64,000 nt of DNA from Nitrososphaerota archaeon (GCA_029785615.1 JAFLZH010000004.1:20545-84544), one strand, 5' to 3'; positions 18,794-28,318 are shown, counted from the stretch's first letter. Numbers and translations are program-made. Notes: a model not told the origin generated them from the sequence alone.

Positions 18794-20035
18794 ATGAGGT
18801 GGAGTTCAGCCCGCGAGTTCTTCGCCTACCTTGGGCCAGCGCTCATCGTGAGCATGGCCTACATGGATCCGGGGAACTATGGGACGGCCATTCAGAGTGG
18901 CGCTCTCTTCCGGAACGAGCTCGTCTGGACGGTTTGGATGGCCAGCCTCATGGCAATGGAGCTCCAGTACCTCTCGGGGAAGCTGGGAATCGCCACCGGG
19001 CGGAGCCTGATGGAGCTCCTGAGGGGGTCGTTGCACTCGAGGTACTACAGGCTCACGTACTGGCTGGCTGCCGAGGCCGCTGCGGCCGCTACCGACTTGG
19101 CCGAGTACCTAGGCACGGTCCTCGCTCTCAACATTCTCTTCGGCATCCCGCTGCTATACGCGGCGGTGCTGGGAGCATTCGACGTACTGATCATCCTCGC
19201 TTTCGCTTCGAGGAGGTTCAGGGTGATAGAGTATGCGTTCATGCTCTTCGTCTCTGTTATCAGCGTCGGCTTCCTCTATGAACTCTACGTCTTTGGTCCC
19301 AACCTGGCCGACATAGTCAGGCACACCTTCGTCCCGACGCTGAATAGGGAGAATATCCCCTTCGTGGTCGGGATAGTCGGGGCCACGGTCATGCCTCACG
19401 CGTTGTTCCTCCACTCGCATCTTACAAAGGAGAAACTCAAGGAGAGCACCCTCGAAGAGAAGAGGAGAGTGAGGAAGCTCCATCTGACCGAGTGCGTCGT
19501 CACTCTGACGGTGGCAGCGCTGGTGAATGCGGCCATACTGGTAGTCGCTGGAAAGGCTCTCTGTCCCGTGTATGGCTGCATCGGTAACACTGACATCAAC
19601 GCGCTGACGGTCACGGGGGCGGCGAAGGTAATGGACGGGCTCTACGGCCCGCTGGCTGGGATCGTATTCGGAGTGACGCTCCTGTCCTCTGGGATTGCGT
19701 CGTCCACCACGGGGACTCTGGCGGGCCAGGCGATTATGGAAGGGATGCTGGGGATGAAGATCAACCCCTACTTCAGGAGGATAGTCACCAGGGTCATCAA
19801 CGTGTTCCCCACGGTCGCGGCCATAGTCGCGGGCCTTAGCCCGCTTTCGCTCCTGGTGTACAGTCAAGTGATACTGAGCATCATGATCCCTCTCCCCATG
19901 GTTCCCCTGCTATACTACACAGCCAAGAAGGAGCTTATGGGCGAGTTCGTCAACAGGAAGTCCACCACCCTCATTGCCTTGGCCGTGGGGGGGACCATCC
20001 TGGCCCTGAACGTCTACCTGCTGCTCACTCTCTAG
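18794..20035 (+). CDS. mntH: Nramp-family Mn2+/Fe2+ transporter
   Basis: YMDPGN, VMPHALFLHS, GTLAGQ, SQVILS. Confidence 0.95.
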   Translation: MRWSSAREFFAYLGPALIVSMAYMDPGNYGTAIQSGALFRNELVWTVWMASLMAMELQYLSGKLGIATGRSLMELLRGSLHSRYYRLTYWLAAEAAAAATDLAEYLGTVLALNILFGIPLLYAAVLGAFDVLIILAFASRRFRVIEYAFMLFVSVISVGFLYELYVFGPNLADIVRHTFVPTLNRENIPFVVGIVGATVMPHALFLHSHLTKEKLKESTLEEKRRVRKLHLTECVVTLTVAALVNAAILVVAGKALCPVYGCIGNTDINALTVTGAAKVMDGLYGPLAGIVFGVTLLSSGIASSTTGTLAGQAIMEGMLGMKINPYFRRIVTRVINVFPTVAAIVAGLSPLSLLVYSQVILSIMIPLPMVPLLYYTAKKELMGEFVNRKSTTLIALAVGGTILALNVYLLLTL

Positions 20036-20516
20036 GCTGAGCGTCCAGGGAGGCCCGCTGTCTCCCCACCTCCCCCAGCTCGAAGGGGAAGACGATCCAC
20101 TCTGACACCGTCTCGAGGTAGTAGTCCGGCTCAGCCTTGCTCCAAGGCTTCTTGAACATCACGGCGGTCTCCAGCGACTTCGGCTTCTGGTCGCTGAGGT
20201 ACTTTTTGAGGAAGACCATGGTGTCGCCTTGGTCGACGAGGTCGTCGACGAGCAGCACGTCCTTGCCTTCGACCCCCTCCACGAGGGTGGAGAGAATCCG
20301 TGGGGCGGTCCGCTTGCCGATGTCGTTGTAGGACTTCACGTTCACAAAGTCTATCTTGACGTTCAGGTGGTCTGACACGACCATGGCCACGGGGATGCCC
20401 CCTCGGGCTATGCCAACGACGAGGTCGTAACGCTTCCCGTTGGCTCTGACCTTCTCGGCCAGGGCCTCGGCCAGGTTGCCGTACTCGGACCAGCTGATGT
20501 ACCTGAAGTTGGGCAT
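20025..20516 (-). CDS. Type I purine phosphoribosyltransferase
   Basis: GIARGG, VLLVDDLVDQGDT PRPP motif, WIVFPFE. Confidence 0.88.
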   Translation of the reverse strand: MPNFRYISWSEYGNLAEALAEKVRANGKRYDLVVGIARGGIPVAMVVSDHLNVKIDFVNVKSYNDIGKRTAPRILSTLVEGVEGKDVLLVDDLVDQGDTMVFLKKYLSDQKPKSLETAVMFKKPWSKAEPDYYLETVSEWIVFPFELGEVGRQRASLDAQPRE

Positions 20517-20582
20517 CTGTGCCTAGGCGGGGCCTCTGGATAGATAACCGTTCGAGGTCGACTTTGCTGGGATTTGCTAATA

Positions 20583-20673
20583 TGGGCCGGGGCGGATTCG
20601 AACCACCGACCCTGGCGCGCGGAGCGTTTCGCCGTGTAAGGGCGACGTCCTAACCATGCTAGACGACCGGCCC
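20583..20673 (-). tRNA. tRNA-Val(TAC) with a 16-nt intron at 44/45
   Basis: Cloverleaf GGGCCGG...CCGGCCCA; anticodon arm TCGCC-CTTACAC-GGCGA; BHB intron at 20612-20627. Confidence 0.9.
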
Positions 20674-20765
20674 GTTTTCGTGCGAGTTTTCGACGTGTAA
20701 TAAGCTTGGAGCTTCGCGCCGGGAACTAGGTTTTAACGCCCTGGTCCGCGCCTCCAGGGGGATTC

Positions 20766-22043
20766 ATGGCAGTCAAGACAAACATCCTGGACGTCAGGGC
20801 GAGGCAGGTCCTAGATTCGCGCGGAAACCCCACCGTCGAGGCCGAGGTTGAGTCAGGCCGCGCCATGGGGAGGGCGAGCGTCCCCTCTGGGGCGTCGAAG
20901 GGGAGGCACGAAGCGCTCGAGCTCAGAGACGGGGGGGAGAGGTTCCATGGGATGGGCGTGGCGAAGGCGGTGGGCAACGTCAGAGGCGCGCTCCGCCGCG
21001 GCGTCGTGGGTCTTCGCGTCGACGACCAGCGGCGCCTGGACCACAAGATGATTTCGTTGGACGGCACTCCGGACAAGAGCAAGCTGGGAGCCAACGCGAT
21101 ACTTGCCGTCTCCATGGCTTCGGCGAAGGCAGCCGCCAACTCGAATGGAGTGAGCCTCTTCGTCCAGCTGAGGAAGTCAGGCCGGTACATTCTCCCCGTG
21201 CCCATGATGAACGTGATCAACGGCGGGGAGCACGCAGGCAACGACCTGGCTGTGCAGGAGTTCCTCATCGAACCGGTGGGGGCGTCGTCGTGCGCTGAGG
21301 CGATCAGGATGGGGTCGGAGGTCTACCACTCCCTGAAGGCGATCCTCGTGTCGGAGCATGGCAGGGGGGCCATCAATGTAGGCGACGAAGGCGGCTTCGC
21401 CCCCCCGTTCAGGCTTACACGCGAAGCCCTGGGGTCCATCCGCAAAGCCGTTTCAGCCTCCGGCTACAGCGAGAAGGAGGTCAAGCTGGGCATTGACGCT
21501 GCAGCTTCCACATTCTATGACGAGAAGAGCGGAAGGTACACGCTGGACGGCCATGCGATGAGCGGTGAAGCCCTCGAAGACCACTACGCCCGGCTGAGGG
21601 ACGAGTTCGGCCTGCTCACCATTGAGGACCCCTTCCATGAGGAGGCCTTCGACGACTTCGCATCGATCACGAAGAGACTGGGACGCAGCACCAAAGTCAT
21701 CGGGGACGACATCTATGTGACCAACGTTGCGAGGATAAAGTTGGGCATCGAGAAGAAGGCAACCAATGCCGTCCTGATCAAGCTGAACCAGATAGGCACA
21801 GTGTCCGAGACCGAGGATGCCATCGGCCTTGCCCGCGCGGCGGGGTGGACCCCCGTGGTCTCACACCGGTCAGGGGAGACCGAAGACCCGTTCATAGCGC
21901 ACCTGGCGACTGCTTTCGGGGCGGACTTCATCAAGACGGGTGCTCCCGCGAGGGGCGAGAGGGTGGCGAAGTACAACGAGCTACTGCGGATCGAGGAAGA
22001 GTTGAGGTCGAAGGCCGGGTACGCGGGACGAGAGCTGGGCTGA
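20766..22043 (+). CDS. eno: Enolase
   Basis: DSRGNPTVE, VPSGAS, GDEGGF, SHRSGETED, KYNELLRIEE. Confidence 0.98.
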   Translation: MAVKTNILDVRARQVLDSRGNPTVEAEVESGRAMGRASVPSGASKGRHEALELRDGGERFHGMGVAKAVGNVRGALRRGVVGLRVDDQRRLDHKMISLDGTPDKSKLGANAILAVSMASAKAAANSNGVSLFVQLRKSGRYILPVPMMNVINGGEHAGNDLAVQEFLIEPVGASSCAEAIRMGSEVYHSLKAILVSEHGRGAINVGDEGGFAPPFRLTREALGSIRKAVSASGYSEKEVKLGIDAAASTFYDEKSGRYTLDGHAMSGEALEDHYARLRDEFGLLTIEDPFHEEAFDDFASITKRLGRSTKVIGDDIYVTNVARIKLGIEKKATNAVLIKLNQIGTVSETEDAIGLARAAGWTPVVSHRSGETEDPFIAHLATAFGADFIKTGAPARGERVAKYNELLRIEEELRSKAGYAGRELG

Positions 22044-22115
22044 CCCTGTCGGCAGAAGCGAGCCGCTGAAAGAAGCCTCGTGGGGGCGTGGGTGATGGTC
22101 CCAAGGAGAGGAGAG

Positions 22116-22253
22116 CGCAGGGGGTGGGACTATCGCCCGCCTTAGGCGGGATTCGAACCCACGAGTCCCGTTAGAGACACAGGCTTAGCAAGCTTGCGCC
22201 CATCTGGCTGCGCCTTACCAGGCTCCCCGTCCAGGACTCTAGGCTACCCCTGC
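22116..22253 (-). tRNA. tRNA-Ser(GCT) with three introns (15/16, 29/30, 59/60)
   Basis: Removing 22223-22238, 22194-22207 and 22130-22151 gives an 86-nt cloverleaf: GCAGGGG/CCCCTGC-G acceptor, CAGGC-TTGCTAA-GCCTG, long variable arm. Confidence 0.85.
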
Positions 22254-22293
22254 GCGAGGTGACCAGCGATTTCGGAGTGTTAAAAACGTGAGC

Positions 22294-22612
22294 GGCGGTA
22301 GATCCCCCGGAGCTCACCATCACTCTCCGCCCCCATCTCGTCGGGCCAGGGATCCCCCACGTAGACGAGGCAGCGTGGCCACGTCGCCATAGGGCTGCTC
22401 CCTCCCGGATCTCGCCCGGTTCGGCAATCAAGAGTCAGGCCCTCTCCTTCGAGAGGGCTGCCCCTCATGACCGCCCACCCCGGCGTGAGTTCGTCTCCCC
22501 AGCCCGGCGCGGGTGACGGGGAAGATGGCTTTACCCGAGGGTTGCTGGCCGCTGCATGAAGCCGGTTTCAGCACTCTGGGATACGGCTACCATCCCGGCC
22601 CTACCCACCGCC
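22294..22612 (-). ncRNA. ffs: Signal recognition particle (7S) RNA
   Basis: Helix-8-like AACCGGGCGAGATCCGGGAGGGAGCAGCCCT; termini pair (GGCGGTGGGT/ATCTACCGCC); about 320 nt. Confidence 0.85.
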
Positions 22613-23557
22613 GAACGCCGTTGGTTGAGCGCGGCTTTTAACGTGTTCCTCCACTGCCGCCTTCATCCTGCATACGCCGCAAAGGCCGCTGGACGAGGGC
22701 TTCCCGCACTGTGCGCAGGGAACGGATTGCCTTTCCCGAGAGCCTGAGTAGTGGGAGATCACGTCGAGGCCGCTGCGCAGCATGACGTTCTTGAGCCCCG
22801 GGTGATTCGCCTCCATCATGTTGAGGTAGTCCCTGACCTCACTCCTGAGCCCTTCGTGCATGTAGGGGCAGCTCACGCTCTGCAATGGGACACCCACCTG
22901 GTGGGCGTAGAGGGCGACCTCCTCCTCGTACAGCTCCATGAAGGGTTTGACCCTCCTTACGGAGAACGAGCCGTCCGAGTGGTTTGGATCGAGCCATCCG
23001 AGTCGGGTGACGTCGCCGTGCATGAGGTTCATCATGAACGTCTGGACGAAGTCGTCGAGGTTGTGGGCCGTAGCCACCACCGACGCCCCGACCTTGAGCG
23101 CAGCCACATCGATGGCCCTTCGCCTGAAGACCCCGCAGAAGCTGCAGGAGGACGCTTCGCGCTCGCCCTTCCAGTCCAGGGCTTCATCCAGCGAGAACCC
23201 GAGCATCTCCTTGTATGAGACGACCAAGTGCTCGACGCCGAGCTCATTCGCAAGGGAATGGGCGTGCGACAGTGCCTCGTCCCTGTACCCGGCGACCCCC
23301 TCGTCCACCGAGACCGCCACCATGCTGTTCCTCTTCGGCGCGTAGAGCCCTGTCAGCACCTTGAGCAGCGAAAGGCTGTCCTTTCCACCAGAGACAGCGA
23401 CCGCTACCTTCTCCCGCGGCCGTATCATCTTGTACTTCGAGACGGTCCTGCGGGTCTTCTCCACGATGGAGTCGTTGAAGCATGAGACGCAAAGTACCTC
23501 GCCGGAGTAGCGTCTTGTGTAGAAGGGCTTCCCTCCGCAGCCCGAACATCCGCCCAT
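22601..23557 (-). CDS. tRNA 2-thiolation protein, TtuA/Ncs6 (TIGR00269-like)
   Basis: N- and C-terminal CxxC pairs, SGGKDS PP-loop, CSFCGVFRR, AHNLDD, SCPY. Start set at MGGCSGC. Confidence 0.9.
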   Translation of the reverse strand: MGGCSGCGGKPFYTRRYSGEVLCVSCFNDSIVEKTRRTVSKYKMIRPREKVAVAVSGGKDSLSLLKVLTGLYAPKRNSMVAVSVDEGVAGYRDEALSHAHSLANELGVEHLVVSYKEMLGFSLDEALDWKGEREASSCSFCGVFRRRAIDVAALKVGASVVATAHNLDDFVQTFMMNLMHGDVTRLGWLDPNHSDGSFSVRRVKPFMELYEEEVALYAHQVGVPLQSVSCPYMHEGLRSEVRDYLNMMEANHPGLKNVMLRSGLDVISHYSGSRERQSVPCAQCGKPSSSGLCGVCRMKAAVEEHVKSRAQPTAFGGG

Positions 23558-23629
23558 TCGACTGAAACCGGGGCGGCTTCGATTTAAGCTATCAACGCTT
23601 AAAGCGAGAACGCCCTCGGCGCCTTCGAG

Positions 23630-24910
23630 ATGGAGCAGGAGGGCTTCAAGAGGTTCGAACTTCACTATGGGGTCATACTGATGCTCAGGACGAGGAGGTT
23701 TCTCTCTGCCATGGACAGCATGGGGCGCAGTCGTATTTCCAAGCCCGTCAGCTGGGTCTTGCTCTACCTCATGCCAGTTTCGGCGGCGGTGGCGTTCTTC
23801 ATCTTCATCAGCGTGTTCAGGGGGCTGATCTCGTCGAGGGGCCCACAGATAGCCCAGAACATCGTGAGCCTCGGTCCTCTGGTCAACCTTGGGATACCGG
23901 GGCTGAACCCGTATATTCCAATCCTGTATGGATGGATTGCCCTGGTCATAGGGATGGTTGTGCACGAGGGCGCCCATGGGGTCATAGCCCGGAGTCTAGG
24001 CATCCCAGTGAAGAACTCGGGGCTCATCTTGCTCTTCTTCGTGATACCGATCGGCGCCTTCGTCGACATCGAGGAGTCGGCCATCAAGCAGGCGCCGAAG
24101 AGGCACTCGGCCAGGGTCCTTGCGGCGGGGGCAGGGACCAACATGGTGCTAGCGGTGCTCTGCCTGCTGCTGCTCGTTGGGATTGTCAGCACCATGTCCC
24201 CGGTGGCCAGCGGCGCTGGGATAACTGGGGTAGGCCAGGGGACACCAGCCTATGACAGTGGGGTGCACCCTGGAGACATAGTGACCGCCGTCAACGGGAA
24301 GCCGATAACCAACTTGGACATGGTACTGGGCCCGAACACGAGTCTGACCGCGGGGGAGTCGATCAACTTCACGATTTACAGGGACGGGCAGGTCATGGAG
24401 ATCAATAACATCAAGCTCGTCTGCTGCCAGCAAATCATAGACACGAGCACTAACCAGACGCTAGCGAGCTACCCCTACATCGGAGTGAACTCGGTCTCGG
24501 AGGGGAGCCTCCGCTCTGCGGTCTCCGGCTACACCGACATCTTCGGCAACCCCATTCTGTACATCGGATGCATCCCGACGCTCAACATAGGGAACTGCCA
24601 GCAGGCGGTGCCGTTCTCAAACTCCGACTCGGTGTTCTACACCTCTCCTTTGGGAGGCGCCCTCGTCCCCATTGCCAACGTGCTCTACTGGTTGTTCTTC
24701 CTCAACTTCAACCTCGCAATTTTCAACTCCCTTCCGATCTTCCCGCTTGACGGAGGCCAGGCCTTCGGGGTCGGGGTCGGGGCCCTGGGGAGAGGCCGCC
24801 TGTCCGAGGCAGGCGCCATGAGGATCACCATGGCGGCCACCATGGCAGTGCTGCTCTTCCTTCTCGCGATAATAGTCGGACCATACTTCTACGTGTACAT
24901 ATTCGGCTGA
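23630..24910 (+). CDS. Site-2 protease (M50) with PDZ domain
   Basis: HEGAH, GAFV, AGAGTN, NSLPIFPLDGG. Confidence 0.93.
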   Translation: MEQEGFKRFELHYGVILMLRTRRFLSAMDSMGRSRISKPVSWVLLYLMPVSAAVAFFIFISVFRGLISSRGPQIAQNIVSLGPLVNLGIPGLNPYIPILYGWIALVIGMVVHEGAHGVIARSLGIPVKNSGLILLFFVIPIGAFVDIEESAIKQAPKRHSARVLAAGAGTNMVLAVLCLLLLVGIVSTMSPVASGAGITGVGQGTPAYDSGVHPGDIVTAVNGKPITNLDMVLGPNTSLTAGESINFTIYRDGQVMEINNIKLVCCQQIIDTSTNQTLASYPYIGVNSVSEGSLRSAVSGYTDIFGNPILYIGCIPTLNIGNCQQAVPFSNSDSVFYTSPLGGALVPIANVLYWLFFLNFNLAIFNSLPIFPLDGGQAFGVGVGALGRGRLSEAGAMRITMAATMAVLLFLLAIIVGPYFYVYIFG

Positions 24911-24991
24911 TGCCTTGTAGGAGGGCGGCAGGGTGTCGCCAAGTGACGGCGAGGGGTGGCGCGTTAAATACGAAATTCCAGTAATCTCCTG

Positions 24992-25258
24992 ATGTCAAGC
25001 ATCCAGCCTCCGGGCGGGATCGAATCCCAGATACAACAGTTTGCTCAGCAGTTCACTTCGTCCATGACTTTCCTCCTTTCGGTCGTCGACACAACGGTGA
25101 TTGACCTGATGCGGATCGTCTACGTCTCGCTCCTCGTGGTCGGCATCCTCCTATACTACTCCCATGTCGCCCAGAGGCTGGGGAAGGACCTGATCAAGGG
25201 GGGCGTCGCGCTGGCGATAATCTCCGAGTTCGTGGTCCCGTGGCTCGTCAAGCTCTGA
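24992..25258 (+). CDS. Small two-TM membrane protein, possibly VirB2/TrbC pilin-like
   Basis: 88 aa with its own TTAAATA box; hydrophobic helix, basic loop (RLGK), hydrophobic helix. Confidence 0.6.
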   Translation: MSSIQPPGGIESQIQQFAQQFTSSMTFLLSVVDTTVIDLMRIVYVSLLVVGILLYYSHVAQRLGKDLIKGGVALAIISEFVVPWLVKL

Positions 25259-26303
25259 GGGCGTACCTGAGGAGGGCGGCGATGCCCCCGAACGAAGAGA
25301 CCTGCTTGCCGAACTCCATCGAGGAGTCGGCAAGGAACACCTTTCCGCCCTTCGCCTCTATCTCGTTCAGGGCGCCGACCAGCTGAGACTCATCCACCCC
25401 GAGCGAGAAGACGTCGTCCGAGACCGCGCACGCTTCCACGGCCCCCGCTGCGGCGGCTTTTGCCACCCTCGGGAGTGCGTAGGCAACCTTCGGGTCTCCC
25501 ATGGAAATCCTCTTCACGATTTCACTCACAAGCTGCTGCATTTCAACGGCCACTGACCCCTTGGCCAGGGCCTGGAAGGGCGGTGACTTGATCATGGCCC
25601 TAATGCCGTCTCCTCCCGTCAGGTCAGGGCCATCGACCACCCTCACATCCTCGGACTTCAGAGCCTCATTGATCTGGTTCGCCACCGAGTTCTTGAAGTT
25701 GCCAGGGCCTGCCACGATCACCCTGTCCCCATGCTGAGACAACTGAGAGACGGCCTCAGCCACCTTGGAGAGATAAGGACGGGGGCTGCGCTCCTCCCCC
25801 ATCTTCCCACCCAGGCCCGACTCGATGGTAGTGACGACCGAAAGATGCGAGCCGCTGAGGAGGCCGATTCCCGCCTCGCGTCTGTCGACGGCCACCAGGA
25901 CGAACCTGGAGTACGACGGCCCGGAGGAGCGGACCAGCTGGATGTCGAGCTGCGACCAGTGGTTCTTCCTGAGCGTCATGGAGTGGCCCGGAGACAGTGT
26001 GACCGAATGCGAGCCCACCTTCGTCACGCTTTCGTCGCTGGCTTCGATGATTGTCCCCTTCACCCTGATCCTCTCGATGCTGCTGTCCAGGTGGACCTCG
26101 TCCACCGCCAGCGCCAGGGTGACCTTGACACGCTCCCCCTTGTCCGGCCTGGAATACTCCTCTTCCCTCTTGACCACCCGGGACCCCCTCGTGACCACCA
26201 CGTCCCCCTTCGCGATGAGCCGTCTCATGGTCCAGAGATCCTCTGCCGACTCTATTGTAAGTGAACAGTAACCGTGCTTGGGGTTGAAGTCGCTGACTTT
26301 CAA
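25248..26303 (-). CDS. pelA: Pelota/Dom34 ribosome rescue factor
   Basis: EDLWTM, RIRVKGTI, AGPG, FGGIAALLRY. Confidence 0.92.
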   Translation of the reverse strand: MKVSDFNPKHGYCSLTIESAEDLWTMRRLIAKGDVVVTRGSRVVKREEEYSRPDKGERVKVTLALAVDEVHLDSSIERIRVKGTIIEASDESVTKVGSHSVTLSPGHSMTLRKNHWSQLDIQLVRSSGPSYSRFVLVAVDRREAGIGLLSGSHLSVVTTIESGLGGKMGEERSPRPYLSKVAEAVSQLSQHGDRVIVAGPGNFKNSVANQINEALKSEDVRVVDGPDLTGGDGIRAMIKSPPFQALAKGSVAVEMQQLVSEIVKRISMGDPKVAYALPRVAKAAAAGAVEACAVSDDVFSLGVDESQLVGALNEIEAKGGKVFLADSSMEFGKQVSSFGGIAALLRYALRA

Positions 26304-26312
26304 CGGACCAGG

Positions 26313-27485
26313 CTACTCGAGCCCCAGGTCCCTGAAAGTCCCAATCCTGACGTCCTCCGGGACTTGGCCGAGCTCGCCTGTGCGGTGCCCGATGATCCCT
26401 TTGACCCCCACGCGCGTCGCAGACTCGACCAGCCTCTGGGTCACTATCCCGTCGAAGATAAGATACAGGGCCCCGCTGGCGCCCTCCATCTTCTGGACCA
26501 GTTCACTGATGGGAAACCTCCCGACCTCCTGCAGCCCTTGGTCGAGGAGTATCGCCTCGAGCGTACCGTTGAGGTTAGGATATAGTTCTCTGGTCTTCGC
26601 AACTACGGGCTCGTCCGGTTCTTCCGGCTGGGGCGGAGGAGCGCTCTCGACAGGTCTCTGTCTCCTTGGGTTCAGCTGCGCCGCATCGACCTTCTCCGCT
26701 TTCAGCATGTTGATCACGTCTATCGGGGTGAGGTCCTCAACCTCCTTCCCCTGAGGCGCATGGATTACCTTCTCGACGTGCATGACCTGGCCGAGCTCCT
26801 TCTCGATGAGATCCCCTCCCCTGTCGCCGTCCAGGACCGCTATCAGCCTCTTCTTCTTGCCAAGTTCTATTATGGAGTCGGGGATGCTGGTACCTTCGAG
26901 TGCGACCACGTTTTCGATGCCCGCCCTCAGGAACAGGACCACGTCGGCTCTACCTTCGACCAGGTAGATCAGCTCGGAGGAATATACCCCTGGGCCGGCC
27001 GGAAGGTTCTCCAGTCCGTAGTTGATCACCTTCGCCCTCTTTGTGGATTCGGTGACATCCTTGAGGAGGTTCTCCCCTTCGCTGGAGGTCTTGGAACTCC
27101 AGTCCCTTACAATCAGCTTCGCCCTGTCGACAATCTGTTTGCGCTTGACTGCCCTCACGTCTTCGATGTTTCCCACGGTGAAGTGGGCGCTGCATGGTCC
27201 GACCTTGTCCACGCTTTCGACCGCCGCGGCGATGAGAGCAGCTGTACCGATGTCGGTGGACATCGGGATAATCACTTCTCCCCTCGTCCGGTCGTTCTTC
27301 GACTCCAGGTTGATCTCTATCCTGCCGACCTTCCAGCTCTTCTGAAGCTCGTTCAGGTTCATCTCAGGGCCGAAGAGACCCTCGGTCTGGCCGAAGATCG
27401 CCCCGATCACGTCGGCCCTTTCAACGACCCCGTCTACTTCAAACCTCAGTCTGACTAGATACTTTACTATACCTGAATCTGGCAA
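26313..27485 (-). CDS. dnaG: Archaeal DnaG (bacterial-like primase/exosome subunit)
   Basis: DVIGAIFGQTEGL, VEGRADV, DGDRGG TOPRIM motifs. Confidence 0.95.
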   Translation of the reverse strand: MPDSGIVKYLVRLRFEVDGVVERADVIGAIFGQTEGLFGPEMNLNELQKSWKVGRIEINLESKNDRTRGEVIIPMSTDIGTAALIAAAVESVDKVGPCSAHFTVGNIEDVRAVKRKQIVDRAKLIVRDWSSKTSSEGENLLKDVTESTKRAKVINYGLENLPAGPGVYSSELIYLVEGRADVVLFLRAGIENVVALEGTSIPDSIIELGKKKRLIAVLDGDRGGDLIEKELGQVMHVEKVIHAPQGKEVEDLTPIDVINMLKAEKVDAAQLNPRRQRPVESAPPPQPEEPDEPVVAKTRELYPNLNGTLEAILLDQGLQEVGRFPISELVQKMEGASGALYLIFDGIVTQRLVESATRVGVKGIIGHRTGELGQVPEDVRIGTFRDLGLE

Positions 27486-27592
27486 TTTCTTTCTCTCCGA
27501 CCATTGTCTGTTTCACTCGTCCTTAACGGTGTTAATCGTTAATTGGCTCCCACCAAATTTGTCGGGGATATAAACTTCGTGTTTTCTGGTTC

Positions 27593-28144
27593 TCATCGGG
27601 GGGGACGGATGCGTCTTGCCGCGCGCCTCCTCAATGGGCCGAGGGCGCTGCTCCTCTGGGGGCCCTCGGTTTCACGCGGAGGGCCGTCGTGCTCGAGGCG
27701 GGCGCCGCCTGACTCAGAAAATCGCCCCAGGTTCTCGATGTGTAGGAAGACGCCGCGCGACGCCGGCTTGAGCCTTCTCCGCTCGCTTAGCGACGTCTCG
27801 ATGCCTTCATGGACCAGGAGCCTGAGGTACTTCGAAGCGAGGGAGGCGCCTTCCCTGTCCAAGTCTGTAAGGATGACCACCCTCCCCACGCCTCTGAGCG
27901 CTGCGGCGCCACATCTCCCCAAGACTGAAATCATCAAGACTCGTCCCCTGTAGCCGAGCCTCCTCAGGGCCAGGGAGTCCCGCGGCCCTTCCACCAGCAG
28001 CGACCACCCCTCTTCCGACTTGTCGTTGAGGTCGCGTACGAAGTCGGAGAGGAATCGCCCGAAGTCCTCGTACGCCCTCTCGCGTCTCTCACTCAGATTG
28101 TTTTCATCTCTCTTCAGGGAAATGTTGCCCGTCTCTGACAGCAC
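27593..28144 (-). CDS. Small TOPRIM-domain protein (RNase M5-like)
   Basis: LVEGPRD...ILTDLDREG; start uncertain. Confidence 0.8.
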   Translation of the reverse strand: MLSETGNISLKRDENNLSERRERAYEDFGRFLSDFVRDLNDKSEEGWSLLVEGPRDSLALRRLGYRGRVLMISVLGRCGAAALRGVGRVVILTDLDREGASLASKYLRLLVHEGIETSLSERRRLKPASRGVFLHIENLGRFSESGGARLEHDGPPRETEGPQRSSALGPLRRRAARRIRPPR

Positions 28145-28190
28145 GGATCATGCCCAGCTTTAAGCGGGGAGCATCACCGAGCCTCTTCAA

Positions 28191-28304
28191 CGGGCAAACG
28201 GCTTCCGTCTGTCGCACGCCTGGGTAAACCATCCGCTCATCAAAGCGTTTCCGCCTTCGCAGGTGGCCGTTTGGCGCGCTTTAGAACGAAAGCCGTCTGC
28301 CCCG
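28191..28304 (-). ncRNA. Candidate structured RNA of unknown class
   Basis: 17-bp closing helix with two G-U pairs on the minus strand, a second 7-bp helix and inner hairpins. Confidence 0.45.
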
Positions 28305-28318
28305 GACGAGGTCCATCT

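Noticed and set aside
23558..23977. N-terminal 140-aa extension of the TtuA ORF
   Set aside because: Overlaps the divergent site-2 protease and its promoter; homology starts at MGGCSGC.
9454..28144. SMC operon plus the TOPRIM gene as a Wadjet (JetABCD) system
   Set aside because: The TOPRIM gene is ~15 kb away next to dnaG and is a small RNase M5-like protein. The SMC is much shorter than JetC and the gene order differs.
28230..28260. TGATGA and GAAA motifs as a hammerhead ribozyme or C/D box sRNA
   Set aside because: Spacing leaves no room for hammerhead stems I and III, and there is no matching CTGA box D.
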